A DNA stretch of 37,924 nt from Chthonomonadales bacterium (GCA_038217285.1 JBBQPO010000020.1:1-37924); one strand, 5' to 3'. Counted from the stretch's first letter, positions 1 to 8,901 are shown. Notes: a model not told the origin generated them from the sequence alone. Translations and numbers: made by a program.

Positions 1-1
1 A

Positions 2-382
2 GTGAGCCTACTCCTGAGGCCCAAGCGAACGCCAGAGCAGCAGGCGTTTCTGGACCGACTGAGCGCTGGGAGTGCGCTCTTCGCGACAGCGCGTGGTCTG
101 GCGGAGGGTTTTTGCGCGTTGATCCGCAAGCGGCCTCAGGAAGACGCACGTGTTCCTCTGGGCTTGTGGTTGGAGGAAGCCCTGTCGTCGGGTATAGCGC
201 CATTGGCCTCTTTCGCCCGTGGAGTGCGCGACGACTGGGAAGCGGTGGTTGCCGGGATGTCGCTGCCCTGGAGCCAAGGTCCCGTAGAGGGCGCGGTGAA
301 CAGGATCAAGATGATCAAGCGTCAGATGTTCGGTAGGGCGAACTTCGACCTGCTCCGGAGGCGTGTATTGCCTGCTTCATGA
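2..382 (+). CDS. ISL3-family transposase, C-terminal part (truncated by window start)
   Basis: C-terminal motif WSQGPVEGAVNRIKMIKRQMFGRANFDLLRRRVL is typical of ISL3 transposases. Confidence 0.9.
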   Translation: MSLLLRPKRTPEQQAFLDRLSAGSALFATARGLAEGFCALIRKRPQEDARVPLGLWLEEALSSGIAPLASFARGVRDDWEAVVAGMSLPWSQGPVEGAVNRIKMIKRQMFGRANFDLLRRRVLPAS

Positions 383-392
383 GGCGAGCAGC

Positions 393-416
393 CATCATCA
401 AAAGTGTGCCAGAACC
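393..416. mobile_element. ISL3 right terminal inverted repeat
   Basis: CATCATCAAAAGTGTGCCAGAACC just after the transposase stop; reverse complement begins GGTTCT, an ISL3-type end. Confidence 0.7.
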
Positions 417-464
417 CAGATTGGCCGGAATAGACAATGGCTTCAATTATTCCGACGTAAACAG

Positions 465-1118
465 CTACTCACCTATCTCTTTCGCGAGGGAATTGCTATT
501 CATCCACACCCAATCCTCCCTCTTATCCTGTGGCCCATATGCCCTATATCTCGTTTTCGCTCCCGTTTCCAGGCAGTAGCGCATGACATCTATGAGAAAC
601 TGGGCTCGTTCCAAGGACTCTCGTCTCCTGAACTCTTCGTCCGTCATTTTATCCTCTCCCATTGAAGCCATTGACCCTCCACTAGCCCTGAAATCCACCC
701 GTCCCAGTTGATCCTCTGGGTCTATCTCTTGGACATTGATAGCGAGGGTCTTGGTAAAAAACAATTGCGAGCGGTAAGCCTTCCCGTCCTCTTCAAATGA
801 TCGGATATTCCCACTGATCGTATAGCGCCCGCCGAAGACGTCAGATTGCATGAAGGCTCTCACCGCGTCGTCGAAGTTGGCATCCGCATAAACGTGCTCG
901 TTGTCGTGGGTACCGAGCCTGTCTAAGAGCGCAACGCGCGCATCGGGGTCATCTATAGCGACAGCCTGTTCGAGCAGGACGACGTATTTGTCAAAGCCCA
1001 TGTCTTCAAGCCTGAGTTCCTTGTCCATTTTGCCGTAAGATGGATTCTCTGACTGTAGGGACTGGGCATGCATGGCCTCGGCAGCGGGGATTCGGGAGAA
1101 GGGATTTTCGACGCCCAT
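465..1118 (-). CDS. hypothetical protein (217 aa)
   Basis: Long acidic ORF with protein-like composition and an AT-rich upstream region; no family recognised. Confidence 0.7.
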   Translation of the reverse strand: MGVENPFSRIPAAEAMHAQSLQSENPSYGKMDKELRLEDMGFDKYVVLLEQAVAIDDPDARVALLDRLGTHDNEHVYADANFDDAVRAFMQSDVFGGRYTISGNIRSFEEDGKAYRSQLFFTKTLAINVQEIDPEDQLGRVDFRASGGSMASMGEDKMTDEEFRRRESLERAQFLIDVMRYCLETGAKTRYRAYGPQDKREDWVWMNSNSLAKEIGE

Positions 1119-1140
1119 AGGGATATATTTAGTTGTAGTT

Positions 1141-1155
1141 TATACTCCCAGTATA
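1141..1155. promoter_or_regulatory. palindrome TATACT-CCC-AGTATA between divergent genes
   Basis: Perfect inverted repeat giving a TATACT -10-like hexamer on each strand. Confidence 0.4.
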
Positions 1156-1354
1156 TACCTTGGTGACGAGAAAAGATATGGTTAATTCCTTCTTTCTCCT
1201 CCGCCGATGGCTGGTATGGCGTATACCTGTGGGGCGCACGACATACTTTCCTGGGCCACAGCCCAAATTCTTACATGACACTTGTACGCGAAGCCCACAC
1301 GCTATCCTATCCTTGGTTATGCCATTCCCGTGCAAAACCCCGTTTAAGGAGACG

Positions 1355-1723
1355 ATGATGTCCTTTACCAACCATATCCGCCAATGTGTGATTGACTTGA
1401 TAGTCGCGCTACGCCAGCGGAAGACGCCGGTCTCGATGGCGCTCGCGCAGGGCACGGAAGAAGCGATCAACGCTATTCCAGCACAGGCTGCGCTATTTGC
1501 CCGGGCGCATGGGGACGGACACGCGGTTCTCCTGGGACCTCGGATGGTTCGTTTCACCCCGGGGACCGCCTGTGTGGTATATGAGACGTACTCCACGCTT
1601 GAACTGATCGGCCATCTCGATGCGACGCTTCAGGAGGACTTGGAACTGGCCGACCTGACACGTGTCTTGAACCGTGCCTGGAAGTCGGAAGATGCGCCCG
1701 TATCCGGTCGGATCGCGAATTGA
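1355..1723 (+). CDS. hypothetical protein (~122 aa)
   Basis: TAAGGAG RBS before ATG 1355/1358; start shortened relative to the ORF track. Confidence 0.6.
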   Translation: MMSFTNHIRQCVIDLIVALRQRKTPVSMALAQGTEEAINAIPAQAALFARAHGDGHAVLLGPRMVRFTPGTACVVYETYSTLELIGHLDATLQEDLELADLTRVLNRAWKSEDAPVSGRIAN

Positions 1724-1956
1724 ATCCCGTACGGCACCTTGCCATCGCACCTTACCGTTGAGCGTACGGCCGATCGAGACGTCCTCTGGACTGGCAAAGC
1801 GTGAACGCAGTTCCGTTGCAGCCTGAAACGTTGCCGAGATAGCCGGTTCCAGAAGCGGATACCAGGCACCTGACGGAAAGCTTCATGAGTGTCTTCTCTA
1901 TCATTTGCAGTCGTTGAAGATTCTGGGCACAGGACGAGGACACTGACAAAGGAGGG

Positions 1957-3198
1957 GTGCAGATCATAGGATTGAATTGGAGCACAGCGCCGAACTGGGC
2001 CATAGAGGTAGATCGCGCGGTCGAGGCGTTCTTGGACGAGACGCGGCTTCAGAAGCAGGCCCTTGCGAGCGCGTTAGGGATGAATCCTTCCAGCCTTTCG
2101 CTCAGCCACCTGCAGGACGCCACTAAGAGCAAGTACATCTATCAGCGACTTTCCTACGTGCTTCGGCGGGACAACCTCTTGGCCATCGCCCGTTACCTTC
2201 GACTGAGCCTTGATGGGGTCCGCGCGCTCAAGCGGTTGGCGAGCGCAGTGCTTACGAGCAGCACGGGGTACCGGATCGACCCGGAGTCCATGCTGGAGCG
2301 GTCCTGGGAGGCTGCCGAATACGGGATGGTTGGGTGCGAGTATTTCGATACCGGATCCCTGGAACAGGCCCTGCCGTATCTGCAGCACGCCTGGCAGTAC
2401 TTCCGTCCGCTACCGCTGGAGACGCGGGCCGAGTTCGAGGTCATGTTGCGGGCCGGGGCGCAGATATTGGAACTGTATGCCAATGCGGGTCAGGCCGCAG
2501 AAGCGAAGCACCATGTCCGGCAACTGGTCCAAATCGCTCGGGACTGCCGCGATACGGACCGCGAGATGGGCAGGGCAGTCGCGTTCGCGTACAAGGCGGG
2601 CGGCACGGCGTTGCGGCATGCGGGCGGGCATCCGGAGTACAGCATCCAGATGGCGGTCGAAGCAGGGAGGATCCTGAAGGAGCATGGCTTTGCGGACGAG
2701 CGGATCGGCCCCCTGCGCAACCAGGCGAAGCCGTACGTCGCCTGGGGATGGCGCGATCCGTCCCGAAGGGCGTCCTGCTTCGAGGCCGCGCTCGCCAAGG
2801 TCGAGCATTCGGAAGCCCTGGCCGGCGGGTCGGTACCGCGCGAAGAGGTGCTGGACGAATGGCTGCTCACGCGTTTCACCCGCGTTGAGTGTCTGGCCGG
2901 GCTGGAACGCCGTGACGAGACCCTGCGCCTGTGGGATGAGACGATGGAATTAGATACGGTTCGAGCGATCGCCTCTTCCCTTGATAGAAGGCCAGATCTC
3001 TATGCCAAATGGGCCTTCGCGCAGATGGCCGTATGCTTCTCGATCCGGGAATTTGACCGAATGGCGGCACTGGCGGAGGCGTTCGCCCGCGCTCCGGAAA
3101 ACGAGAAGTACGGCGAACGCCTCCAGCGCTGCGAAAGCATTATCCGGTGTGTCACGCGGGGCGATAGCGAGGGGGTGCGCCAGGTGCTCATAAAATGA
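1957..3198 (+). CDS. putative regulator: N-terminal HTH-like region plus TPR-like helical repeats
   Basis: AAAGGAGG RBS before GTG; KQALASALGMNPSSLS resembles an XRE HTH; the rest is helical-repeat-like (GSLEQALPYLQHAW, GQAAEAKHHVRQ). Confidence 0.6.
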   Translation: MQIIGLNWSTAPNWAIEVDRAVEAFLDETRLQKQALASALGMNPSSLSLSHLQDATKSKYIYQRLSYVLRRDNLLAIARYLRLSLDGVRALKRLASAVLTSSTGYRIDPESMLERSWEAAEYGMVGCEYFDTGSLEQALPYLQHAWQYFRPLPLETRAEFEVMLRAGAQILELYANAGQAAEAKHHVRQLVQIARDCRDTDREMGRAVAFAYKAGGTALRHAGGHPEYSIQMAVEAGRILKEHGFADERIGPLRNQAKPYVAWGWRDPSRRASCFEAALAKVEHSEALAGGSVPREEVLDEWLLTRFTRVECLAGLERRDETLRLWDETMELDTVRAIASSLDRRPDLYAKWAFAQMAVCFSIREFDRMAALAEAFARAPENEKYGERLQRCESIIRCVTRGDSEGVRQVLIK

Positions 3199-3506
3199 TT
3201 ATGAGCCGATACAGCGGATGCTCCAGCCTTACAGGGATGGGTTCTACTGGCAACAGGGATTGAAGGCGCAGTCAGAACGGCTGCTTGCCCGAACCATATG
3301 CCCCTGGGCCTCCAGCCTTCAAGGCATACTCCCGCGCCGTCTAACATCCAGCATGAGCTTATAAAGACAAGGATCCTGTTCCAAGAAACTGCTTGTTATA
3401 AAGGAGTTGGCTGCCCTAAAGCTATGGAAATCCCCGAATAAGCATCTCTGTTTGACAAGAAACGCGGCGCTACTTCCCTCGCTATTCCAGTGGTTCGGAT
3501 GGCCCT

Positions 3507-4064
3507 CTATGTATTTATATGTCTTTCCTTGTCTATCGCCGTCCCCATTTCCGGCAGAAACCGGCCCTTGGAGCGGTCGAAACGCCATGTCGGTACGGTC
3601 GATGTATTCCCGTTTCGGGAAGGCAGAACTTCCCTTTCTGGGAACGTCCGGCTTCCCCTTTTGGTAACCTCGGCCTTCCCGTTCCGGTAACTTCCGGCCA
3701 GCTGCGCCGCCACCAGCTTCTCCAGCCGCCCTGTCCTGTCCAACGCTTCAGGGTCGAGTCCTCCATCCAGGTTCCCGAGCCGATACTCTATCATTCCATT
3801 CCGGCGCTCCAGGAAGCCGCGCGATATCAGGCCTTCCAATACCGCGCGCGCATGCCCGGCCCCTATTCCGACCGCCTTGAGGTCCGCCTGCAGGAGGCGC
3901 GCCCATGCGGCGTTACGGCAGCCGTAAGTGAGCCTGGCCATCAGCAGCAGGACGGAAAGCTCCCGGCGCGTCAGAGGCAGGCAGAGGAGCAGGTCCAGTG
4001 TCCGCCTGGGTATCGCCACGAATCCGCCCGGGACTGAGCTAATAGTTGGAAGTGCCCTACTCAT
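3507..4064 (-). CDS. lambda O-like replication initiator (Phage_rep_O N-terminal wHTH)
   Basis: GFVAIPRRTLDLLLCLPLTRRELSVLLLMARLTYG matches the O-protein N-terminal pattern; ATG 4064 overlaps the upstream gene end; internal iterons. Confidence 0.75.
   Translation of the reverse strand: MSRALPTISSVPGGFVAIPRRTLDLLLCLPLTRRELSVLLLMARLTYGCRNAAWARLLQADLKAVGIGAGHARAVLEGLISRGFLERRNGMIEYRLGNLDGGLDPEALDRTGRLEKLVAAQLAGSYRNGKAEVTKRGSRTFPEREVLPSRNGNTSTVPTWRFDRSKGRFLPEMGTAIDKERHINT
3607..3690. repeat. four iterons TTCCC-N5-GG(G/T)AA, putative replication origin
   Basis: TTCCCGTTTCGGGAA (3607), TTCCCTTTCTGGGAA (3630), TTCCCCTTTTGGTAA (3653), TTCCCGTTCCGGTAA (3676): exact 23-bp period; AT-rich tract near 3507-3535. 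Confidence 0.8.
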
Positions 4065-4827
4065 GCGTTTCCATGCTATTGGCCCCACCCGTCTGCATTC
4101 CCCTGGGGGGATCGTAGTCGTCCCGAACCGCCACCGCAAGGAAGCGGACGGGGTCGCGGGCGTTCCGGTGGGGCAGCCAGACCAGCTGCCTCCGGACCCG
4201 CTCCTTTCCGAAGCTCTCAATGAGGCCGGACGCTTCCCAGCGCCCGAGTCCGGCGGCGACCAGCCTGCCGACAAGCGCGTCCGTTTCCGGGTCGCCGGAC
4301 GGGGCGTTGATCGGCTTCCAGCCGTTCAGACGGGCCATCTCCTCCTCGACTTCTTTCCGCGGGCGCGCGTAGGTAGCCCTGGAGTGTGCCACCACGGCGT
4401 CCCGTCCCGCGGCACGCATAGGAGGATGGGTATCAGGGGCAGGCTTCACGACGCTCTCGGTGCCCAGGATAGCCGTGGACGGGGCAAAGGCGTGGAGGCC
4501 GCTTTCCCGGCGCAGCTCCTGCACGAGCGGGCGGTCATGCCATTGGAAACGCTCCAGCCGCCTGAGCCGCATCCGTGCCATACCCTGCGGCAGGCGCAAG
4601 GCCGCCGCCAGTTCCGAAAGGCTCGGCTGCACGTGCCCGTTCGGGTGCAGGAAGGTCAGGACCAGCAGAAGCGTACGCAGTTCCTCGGCCGGAATGGCGA
4701 GCAGAAGCCCGGAGGTACGCAGGACGGGCGTGACGGTAAGGCGGGCGTCCGGGCGGAACGACCCGCCCGTACGCCGGTCGGCCTGGTGTAGGAAGACGAG
4801 GAACGGGGGAAGGGCGGAGGGAGGCAT
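4057..4827 (-). CDS. putative replication protein (N-terminal wHTH, DnaD/RepA-like C-terminus)
   Basis: PSLSELAAALRL HTH; C-terminal RRQLVWLPHRNARDPVRFLAVAVRDDY resembles phage/plasmid Rep C-termini; coupled to the O-like gene. Confidence 0.6.
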   Translation of the reverse strand: MPPSALPPFLVFLHQADRRTGGSFRPDARLTVTPVLRTSGLLLAIPAEELRTLLLVLTFLHPNGHVQPSLSELAAALRLPQGMARMRLRRLERFQWHDRPLVQELRRESGLHAFAPSTAILGTESVVKPAPDTHPPMRAAGRDAVVAHSRATYARPRKEVEEEMARLNGWKPINAPSGDPETDALVGRLVAAGLGRWEASGLIESFGKERVRRQLVWLPHRNARDPVRFLAVAVRDDYDPPRGMQTGGANSMETHE

Positions 4828-4872
4828 AGGGGCGAGGGATCAGGGAAATTCGGCGGTCGTGGTCAGGCTGCC

Positions 4873-4922
4873 GTTGCGCGGGAGCAACGCTCCGTGCGGC
4901 GGGGCGCAAGCCGCCGTAGAGT
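4873..4922 (+). promoter_or_regulatory. GTTGC-N6-GCAAC box plus -10 TAGAGT
   Basis: Perfect box 4873-4888, 28-nt spacer, TAGAGT 4917-4922. Confidence 0.65.
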
Positions 4923-4928
4923 GGAGGA

Positions 4929-5039
4929 GCCGTCCTGGGCCGGGACGAGGCAGCGCGCATATGACCATCAAGGCAGCGCCTCCTGCCCGTTACCGGCTTT
5001 CGGAGGCATTAGACCGCCCTTTTCACGTGCGGTCTTTTT
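4929..5039 (+). ncRNA. candidate antisense (counter-transcribed) small RNA upstream of rep
   Basis: Follows the predicted promoter; hairpins 4931-4947 and 4978-5007, then terminator AGACCGC/GCGGTCT plus T-run at 5011-5039. Confidence 0.45.
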
Positions 5040-5288
5040 GCTGGGACCTGCCGGTTCGGGCGCGAGCGGGCGGGCGATCATGGATGCCAGCTCGGCGTCG
5101 TGCTCCAGTCGGGCCAGAAGCAGGCCGACGCGGCGGCGCTCCGCCGGGCGGAGCTCGGCCCAGAGCAGGCCGCGCATGAGCCTGGACAGCAGGCGGGACT
5201 GGCCGACGAGCAGGCGCAGCTGCTGCTGTGCCAGCATGCGGGCGTCGCGGGGAAGGGAGGAACGGGTGCGAAGGGGAGGGATAGGCAT
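4968..5288 (-). CDS. hypothetical helical protein (~106 aa)
   Basis: ATG 5288 follows the hydrolase stop in the same operon; Leu/Arg-rich helix. Confidence 0.5.
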   Translation of the reverse strand: MPIPPLRTRSSLPRDARMLAQQQLRLLVGQSRLLSRLMRGLLWAELRPAERRRVGLLLARLEHDAELASMIARPLAPEPAGPSKKTAREKGGLMPPKAGNGQEALP

Positions 5289-5314
5289 AAGAAACGTTAG
5301 GGTATGGCAGGCGA

Positions 5315-5845
5315 TCAGGATTGCAGCGGCAGGCGCGTCAGAACGAGCAGGAGGACAGCTATGGCAAACAGGGCGAAGACCGCCTCCTCGTCTGGCGAGC
5401 CCGTGACCAGACGCAGGCGACGGGGAACCAGCCACCAGCGCCGGTAGGGGTCGTTGGGCCAGGCGGGGATGCCCGTGCGGGTACTGGAGTCGCCGGCCAG
5501 GTGGCTCGCGTATCCCAGCCACAGCGCCAGGGCGGCCCATGGCCCCCAGAGGACGGCGACAGGGATGCAGACGAGGGCGAACAGGATCAGGCCGAAGGGC
5601 GAGTGCAGCAGGCCCCGGTGCCCCCACGTCCGGTACGCCAGCGTGGAGAGCAGCGCGAACGGGCGCACGTTTCCGATCCGCAGCGACTTGACGGTGCTTT
5701 CCGCCGCGTCCAGGTCGGGCAGGGGCGCCCCGAAGGCGGCGAGCGCGCACAGGGGAACGACCGTCTGCGGGGTGAGGGCATCGGCAAACGGCGTCAGCAG
5801 CCACAGCGAGGCCGCGCCCAGGAAGAGGTGCGTCCTGCCCATCAT
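5315..5845 (-). CDS. YdjM-like membrane-bound metal-dependent hydrolase
   Basis: Motifs GRTH, LPDLD, HRGLLHS, HLAGD..T..GIP, with hydrophobic segments. Confidence 0.85.
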   Translation of the reverse strand: MMGRTHLFLGAASLWLLTPFADALTPQTVVPLCALAAFGAPLPDLDAAESTVKSLRIGNVRPFALLSTLAYRTWGHRGLLHSPFGLILFALVCIPVAVLWGPWAALALWLGYASHLAGDSSTRTGIPAWPNDPYRRWWLVPRRLRLVTGSPDEEAVFALFAIAVLLLVLTRLPLQS

Positions 5846-6666
5846 TTCCGCTCCTTTGCATCCGCCTCCCTGTCGCCGGACGGGACGGGCGCGAGGCGGA
5901 GGGCGATTTCCAGGGTCAGCATTGCGTTCTCCGGGTTTGGCAGGGCAGGCATGTTAGCCTGAACCCGGCCTCTGGGAGGAGCCCCCAGTCCGGCCAGGAA
6001 CTCGCGCTCCAGCCGGTCGCTCTCCTGCTGGCTGATGGGGCGCATCCCTGAGCGCGGAAGGACTGGGGACGGAGCCGGGGTTGGCGGCATAGCAGGCGTT
6101 TCCGGACGGGTATGCAGCAGCCGGGCGAGTTCCTGCCCGTCTACCAGGCGTACCGGCGCGGCGTGCTGCGCCGACTGCGCGGCCTCGACGGCCGACGCGG
6201 AGAACGTGCCGGTCGTGATGAGCAGGCCTTGCGTCGCGCCCAGACGCAGCATCGTGCCGCGCAGCTCATCGACAAAGGATCGGGGTACGCTTGAGCGGTA
6301 CTGCTTCACCTGCGCGATGACCAGACCGCGCGCCAGCCGCGTCGGCGTGAACATGCGCAGGTCGTACCCTCCGTGCGCGTTCCGGCCCTTGCCGTGACCG
6401 TGCATGGCCTTCATCGCCTGCACGTTCGCATAGCCGAGCGTCTCCAGCATCCGGGCGACGGTCCGGGCGAACTCGGGAAACGGCATGTCCAGCAGGGCCG
6501 CGATCTCGCACTCTCCAGGGGCGCGGCTTACGGCCGACCGCGTCGGCGCAGCCATCTCCTTCACGGGAACCGAGCTGGACGCCGCACGTCGGAAGGCCCT
6601 GCCAGGCGACGGGGCGGGTTCCTGGGAGAGGCTAGGAGGGGCAGGAAGGAAGCGGTGGTGGGTCAT
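5842..6666 (-). CDS. Mrr-like restriction endonuclease domain protein
   Basis: GGYDL...IAQVKQY...VDELRG...GLLITTGTFS...VRLVDGQEL fits Mrr_cat (D..QxK); flanked by Pro-rich tails. Confidence 0.85.
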   Translation of the reverse strand: MTHHRFLPAPPSLSQEPAPSPGRAFRRAASSSVPVKEMAAPTRSAVSRAPGECEIAALLDMPFPEFARTVARMLETLGYANVQAMKAMHGHGKGRNAHGGYDLRMFTPTRLARGLVIAQVKQYRSSVPRSFVDELRGTMLRLGATQGLLITTGTFSASAVEAAQSAQHAAPVRLVDGQELARLLHTRPETPAMPPTPAPSPVLPRSGMRPISQQESDRLEREFLAGLGAPPRGRVQANMPALPNPENAMLTLEIALRLAPVPSGDREADAKERK

Positions 6667-6732
6667 GGGAGCGAGGATTTATAGGCAGGGAGGGAACGGG
6701 GATATCGGCTCACAGGGTGCGGCGGAGTCAGG

Positions 6733-7215
6733 TCATGTTGCCTCCTCCAGGGGGGATGAGCGGAGGGCAGAGGCCGCGCCGGCCGTGCCTGCGACCGCGG
6801 AGAGCGTCCATGCGCCGGAGCGAAGATGCCTGTACTCGGGGCGCAGCGTGTCCTCGTCGCTGTCGTACGCCTGCGCTGGCAGGCATCCGCCGCAGCCGCA
6901 CAGGGCGCAGACGCTTGCGGTAGGGAAGATACCGTCCGGCGAGAAGACGTCTGCCAGGTCCAGAGGGCGGTCCAGGCGTCGGGAGAGCGCGGTCACGACG
7001 CCGGCCATGACCGGAAAGGTGGGCGCGGACTTTCCCGACAGCAGCCGACAGACGGTGGAGCGCGACACGCCGACTTCGCGCGCGAGGCGCACCTGCCCTC
7101 GGAACGTGAGCCAGGGGACGTGGAGCATGATCGCGCCGACGCGGTTGTGAAGCGGGCGTTGCAGGCGCCCGGTCGTCAAGGGAAACACCTTCGCAGCGGG
7201 GGCAGGCACAGCCAT
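6733..7215 (-). CDS. XRE-type HTH protein with C-terminal CxxCGCxGC cluster (copy 1)
   Basis: QVRLAREVGVSRSTVCRLLSG HTH; PTASVCALCGCGGCLP. Confidence 0.8.
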   Translation of the reverse strand: MAVPAPAAKVFPLTTGRLQRPLHNRVGAIMLHVPWLTFRGQVRLAREVGVSRSTVCRLLSGKSAPTFPVMAGVVTALSRRLDRPLDLADVFSPDGIFPTASVCALCGCGGCLPAQAYDSDEDTLRPEYRHLRSGAWTLSAVAGTAGAASALRSSPLEEAT

Positions 7216-7241
7216 GGCGTGGAATTACGGATAACGCTCCC

Positions 7242-7344
7242 AATATTGCCTGGAACCGAACTAAAAGCGAACATTGTTGCGAGGTGGCAACGCAGCTGCG
7301 GTCTGGCAACGGTCCTTTCGATGTCGGGTTAGGTTCGCTAGATT
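7242..7344. promoter_or_regulatory. tandem GTTGC-N6-GCAAC boxes with divergent -10 elements
   Basis: Boxes 7276-7291 (perfect) and 7295-7310 (GCTGC); TAGATT 7339 on + and AATATT 7247 on -, each with a 28-nt spacer. Confidence 0.6.
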
Positions 7345-7446
7345 TGCACTGGACAGGGTCCATGGAGACCAGGATACCGAACTAAAACCAAACATAAATC
7401 CCCGTACCGACGAGGCATGAAAATCCGTAGCCACTCCAGAGTTTCC

Positions 7447-7767
7447 ATGGATCTGCCCACTCCGACGCCTGAAGAAGCGCAACAGTTCCGGACCTTGTAT
7501 GAGGCTTATTTTGATGTACGCTTGAATCCCGCAGCGGCCTTGAGCCTGCTATGGGTGTGCTTCGCATCTCCGCCCTCACCTTTACCCGCGATGAGGTGCT
7601 TTCTTTGCGCCCGCGAGTCCGAGGAGGGCAAAAACCGCCAGGCGCAGTCGATCGGAGATCAGATCGCGGAGCCGCGCCAGCGGTATCCTGACATGGATGT
7701 CCCCCACGTTCTTGAGGAGGCGCGCACGGGCAAGGAGCCGGGGGAGTGGTGCGGGAAGCAGGCATGA
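7447..7767 (+). pseudogene. degenerate copy of small ORF plus serine recombinase N-terminus
   Basis: MDLPTPTPEEAQQFRTLY aligns with MNLPIPNAQEVAEFRRLY (8902); MRCFLCARESEEGKNRQAQSIGDQ aligns with MRYALYARKSTEGDERQSSSIADQ (9051); truncated. Confidence 0.8.
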
Positions 7768-7809
7768 CGGAATGCTAGGGGATTGGAAGAAGGGGGCGGG
7801 CATGCGGCA

Positions 7810-8226
7810 TCAGTCCATAAAACCTCCTTTCTGCGGCCAAACTGGTTCACGGGCTCGCGTTGGAAGCGCACCGCCGCTCACGAGCGTGCGGAACTCCGGC
7901 TTCAGGCGGCACTCCGCGTCGTAGGCCGCTTCCGGCAGGCAGCCCCGGCATCCGCAGAGCACGCATACCGACGCGGTGGGGTAGGTCCCGTCGAAGGAGA
8001 CCAGCTCGCGCGGATCAAGCCTGCGGCCCAGGCGCTTCTCCAGGGCAGCGGTAACCGCCACCGCTATGGCGAAGGAGGGCGCCGCCTTCCCGGCCACGAG
8101 GCGACTGACAGCGGAGCGGGAAACGCCCGCGTCTGCGGCCAGGCGGGCCTGGCCCTGGAAGCTGTAGACAGGGATGTGTTCCATGACGCTGGAGATACGA
8201 TTTTCGAAGGCTGGTAGCGGTGCCAT
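7810..8226 (-). CDS. XRE-type HTH protein with C-terminal CxxCGCxGC cluster (copy 2)
   Basis: QARLAADAGVSRSAVSRLVAG HTH; PTASVCVLCGCRGCLP; clear paralogue of 6733-7215; RBS GAAAGGGGGA. Confidence 0.85.
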   Translation of the reverse strand: MAPLPAFENRISSVMEHIPVYSFQGQARLAADAGVSRSAVSRLVAGKAAPSFAIAVAVTAALEKRLGRRLDPRELVSFDGTYPTASVCVLCGCRGCLPEAAYDAECRLKPEFRTLVSGGALPTRAREPVWPQKGGFMD

Positions 8227-8301
8227 TTCCCCCTTTCGTATGTGACTGCTTGGATGTCTGGAACGTGCGGGGAAGGATACGGCGCGCCCCTTTCATGAAG
8301 A

Positions 8302-8351
8302 AGGGTAGATCCTTTCGGCGTGAGGCGCCCATGGGATTGCCTGGATGCAAC
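8302..8351 (-). promoter_or_regulatory. box ATTGC-N6-GCAAC plus -10 TACCCT
   Basis: Box 8336-8351, 28-nt spacer, TACCCT on - strand at 8307-8302, pointing into the 8226 gene. Confidence 0.6.
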
Positions 8352-8452
8352 GCCTCCCGATGGTAGCGGGAGGCCATACCTGGGATCGGTCATCCGCCTT
8401 ACCTCGGCGGTATCCGCCGGGGGCGTTGCTGTCCGCTCGCCGCTCTGCTAGC

Positions 8453-8752
8453 ATGGTCCACACAGAGTTCACGTTCCCTTCATGTCCTATAGGAGATGGC
8501 AACGTTCCCGACCGACCGCTCATTCGCCCTCTCATGCTCCCTATCTCCATTCAAGCCCTGCACCTGATCGAGCGCGAGGCTCCCGACTTCCGGGAGGCGG
8601 TCCTGCACGCGAAGGCGGCCTTCCGCAGCTTGCGAAAGACCCCACAGCTCTCTGTGCGCCTGGAGCGTTTCCACGACGATCCGTTCCTGCTCTACGCCTG
8701 CCTCTGGTTCGCCCTCTCTGAGAACGTGGAGATCCGCTTCCTGGTGAGATAG
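8453..8752 (+). CDS. hypothetical protein (start uncertain, 8453 or 8534)
   Basis: GC3-biased ORF; TTGCTG-N17-TAGCAT promoter-like sequence at 8426-8454. Confidence 0.5.
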   Translation: MVHTEFTFPSCPIGDGNVPDRPLIRPLMLPISIQALHLIEREAPDFREAVLHAKAAFRSLRKTPQLSVRLERFHDDPFLLYACLWFALSENVEIRFLVR

Positions 8753-8845
8753 TCCCCGTACGCCTGGATCGGCATATAGAGCGCCAAACTTGACAGACCG
8801 CCCTCGATTCCGTTGAATCGACTCAGCAGTCGGGACGTGGGAGGC

Positions 8846-8895
8846 GATGCGTATCCGCAACGCCACGCGCGCGGGACCACGCACTGTGCAAGGCT
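8846..8895 (+). promoter_or_regulatory. box GATGC-N6-GCAAC plus -10-like AAGGCT; probably a leaderless transcript
   Basis: Box 8846-8861, 28-nt spacer, hexamer 8890-8895, ATG at 8902 with no RBS. Confidence 0.5.
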
Positions 8896-8901
8896 GGCGC
8901 C

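Noticed and set aside
3201-3263. 20-codon ORF (MSRYSGCSSLTGMGSTGNRD) as signalling peptide for the HTH-TPR protein
   Set aside because: No signal-peptide hydrophobic core and no RBS
3607-3690. Palindromic repeats as a mini-CRISPR
   Set aside because: Only 15-bp units with 8-bp gaps, inside a rep gene; these are iterons
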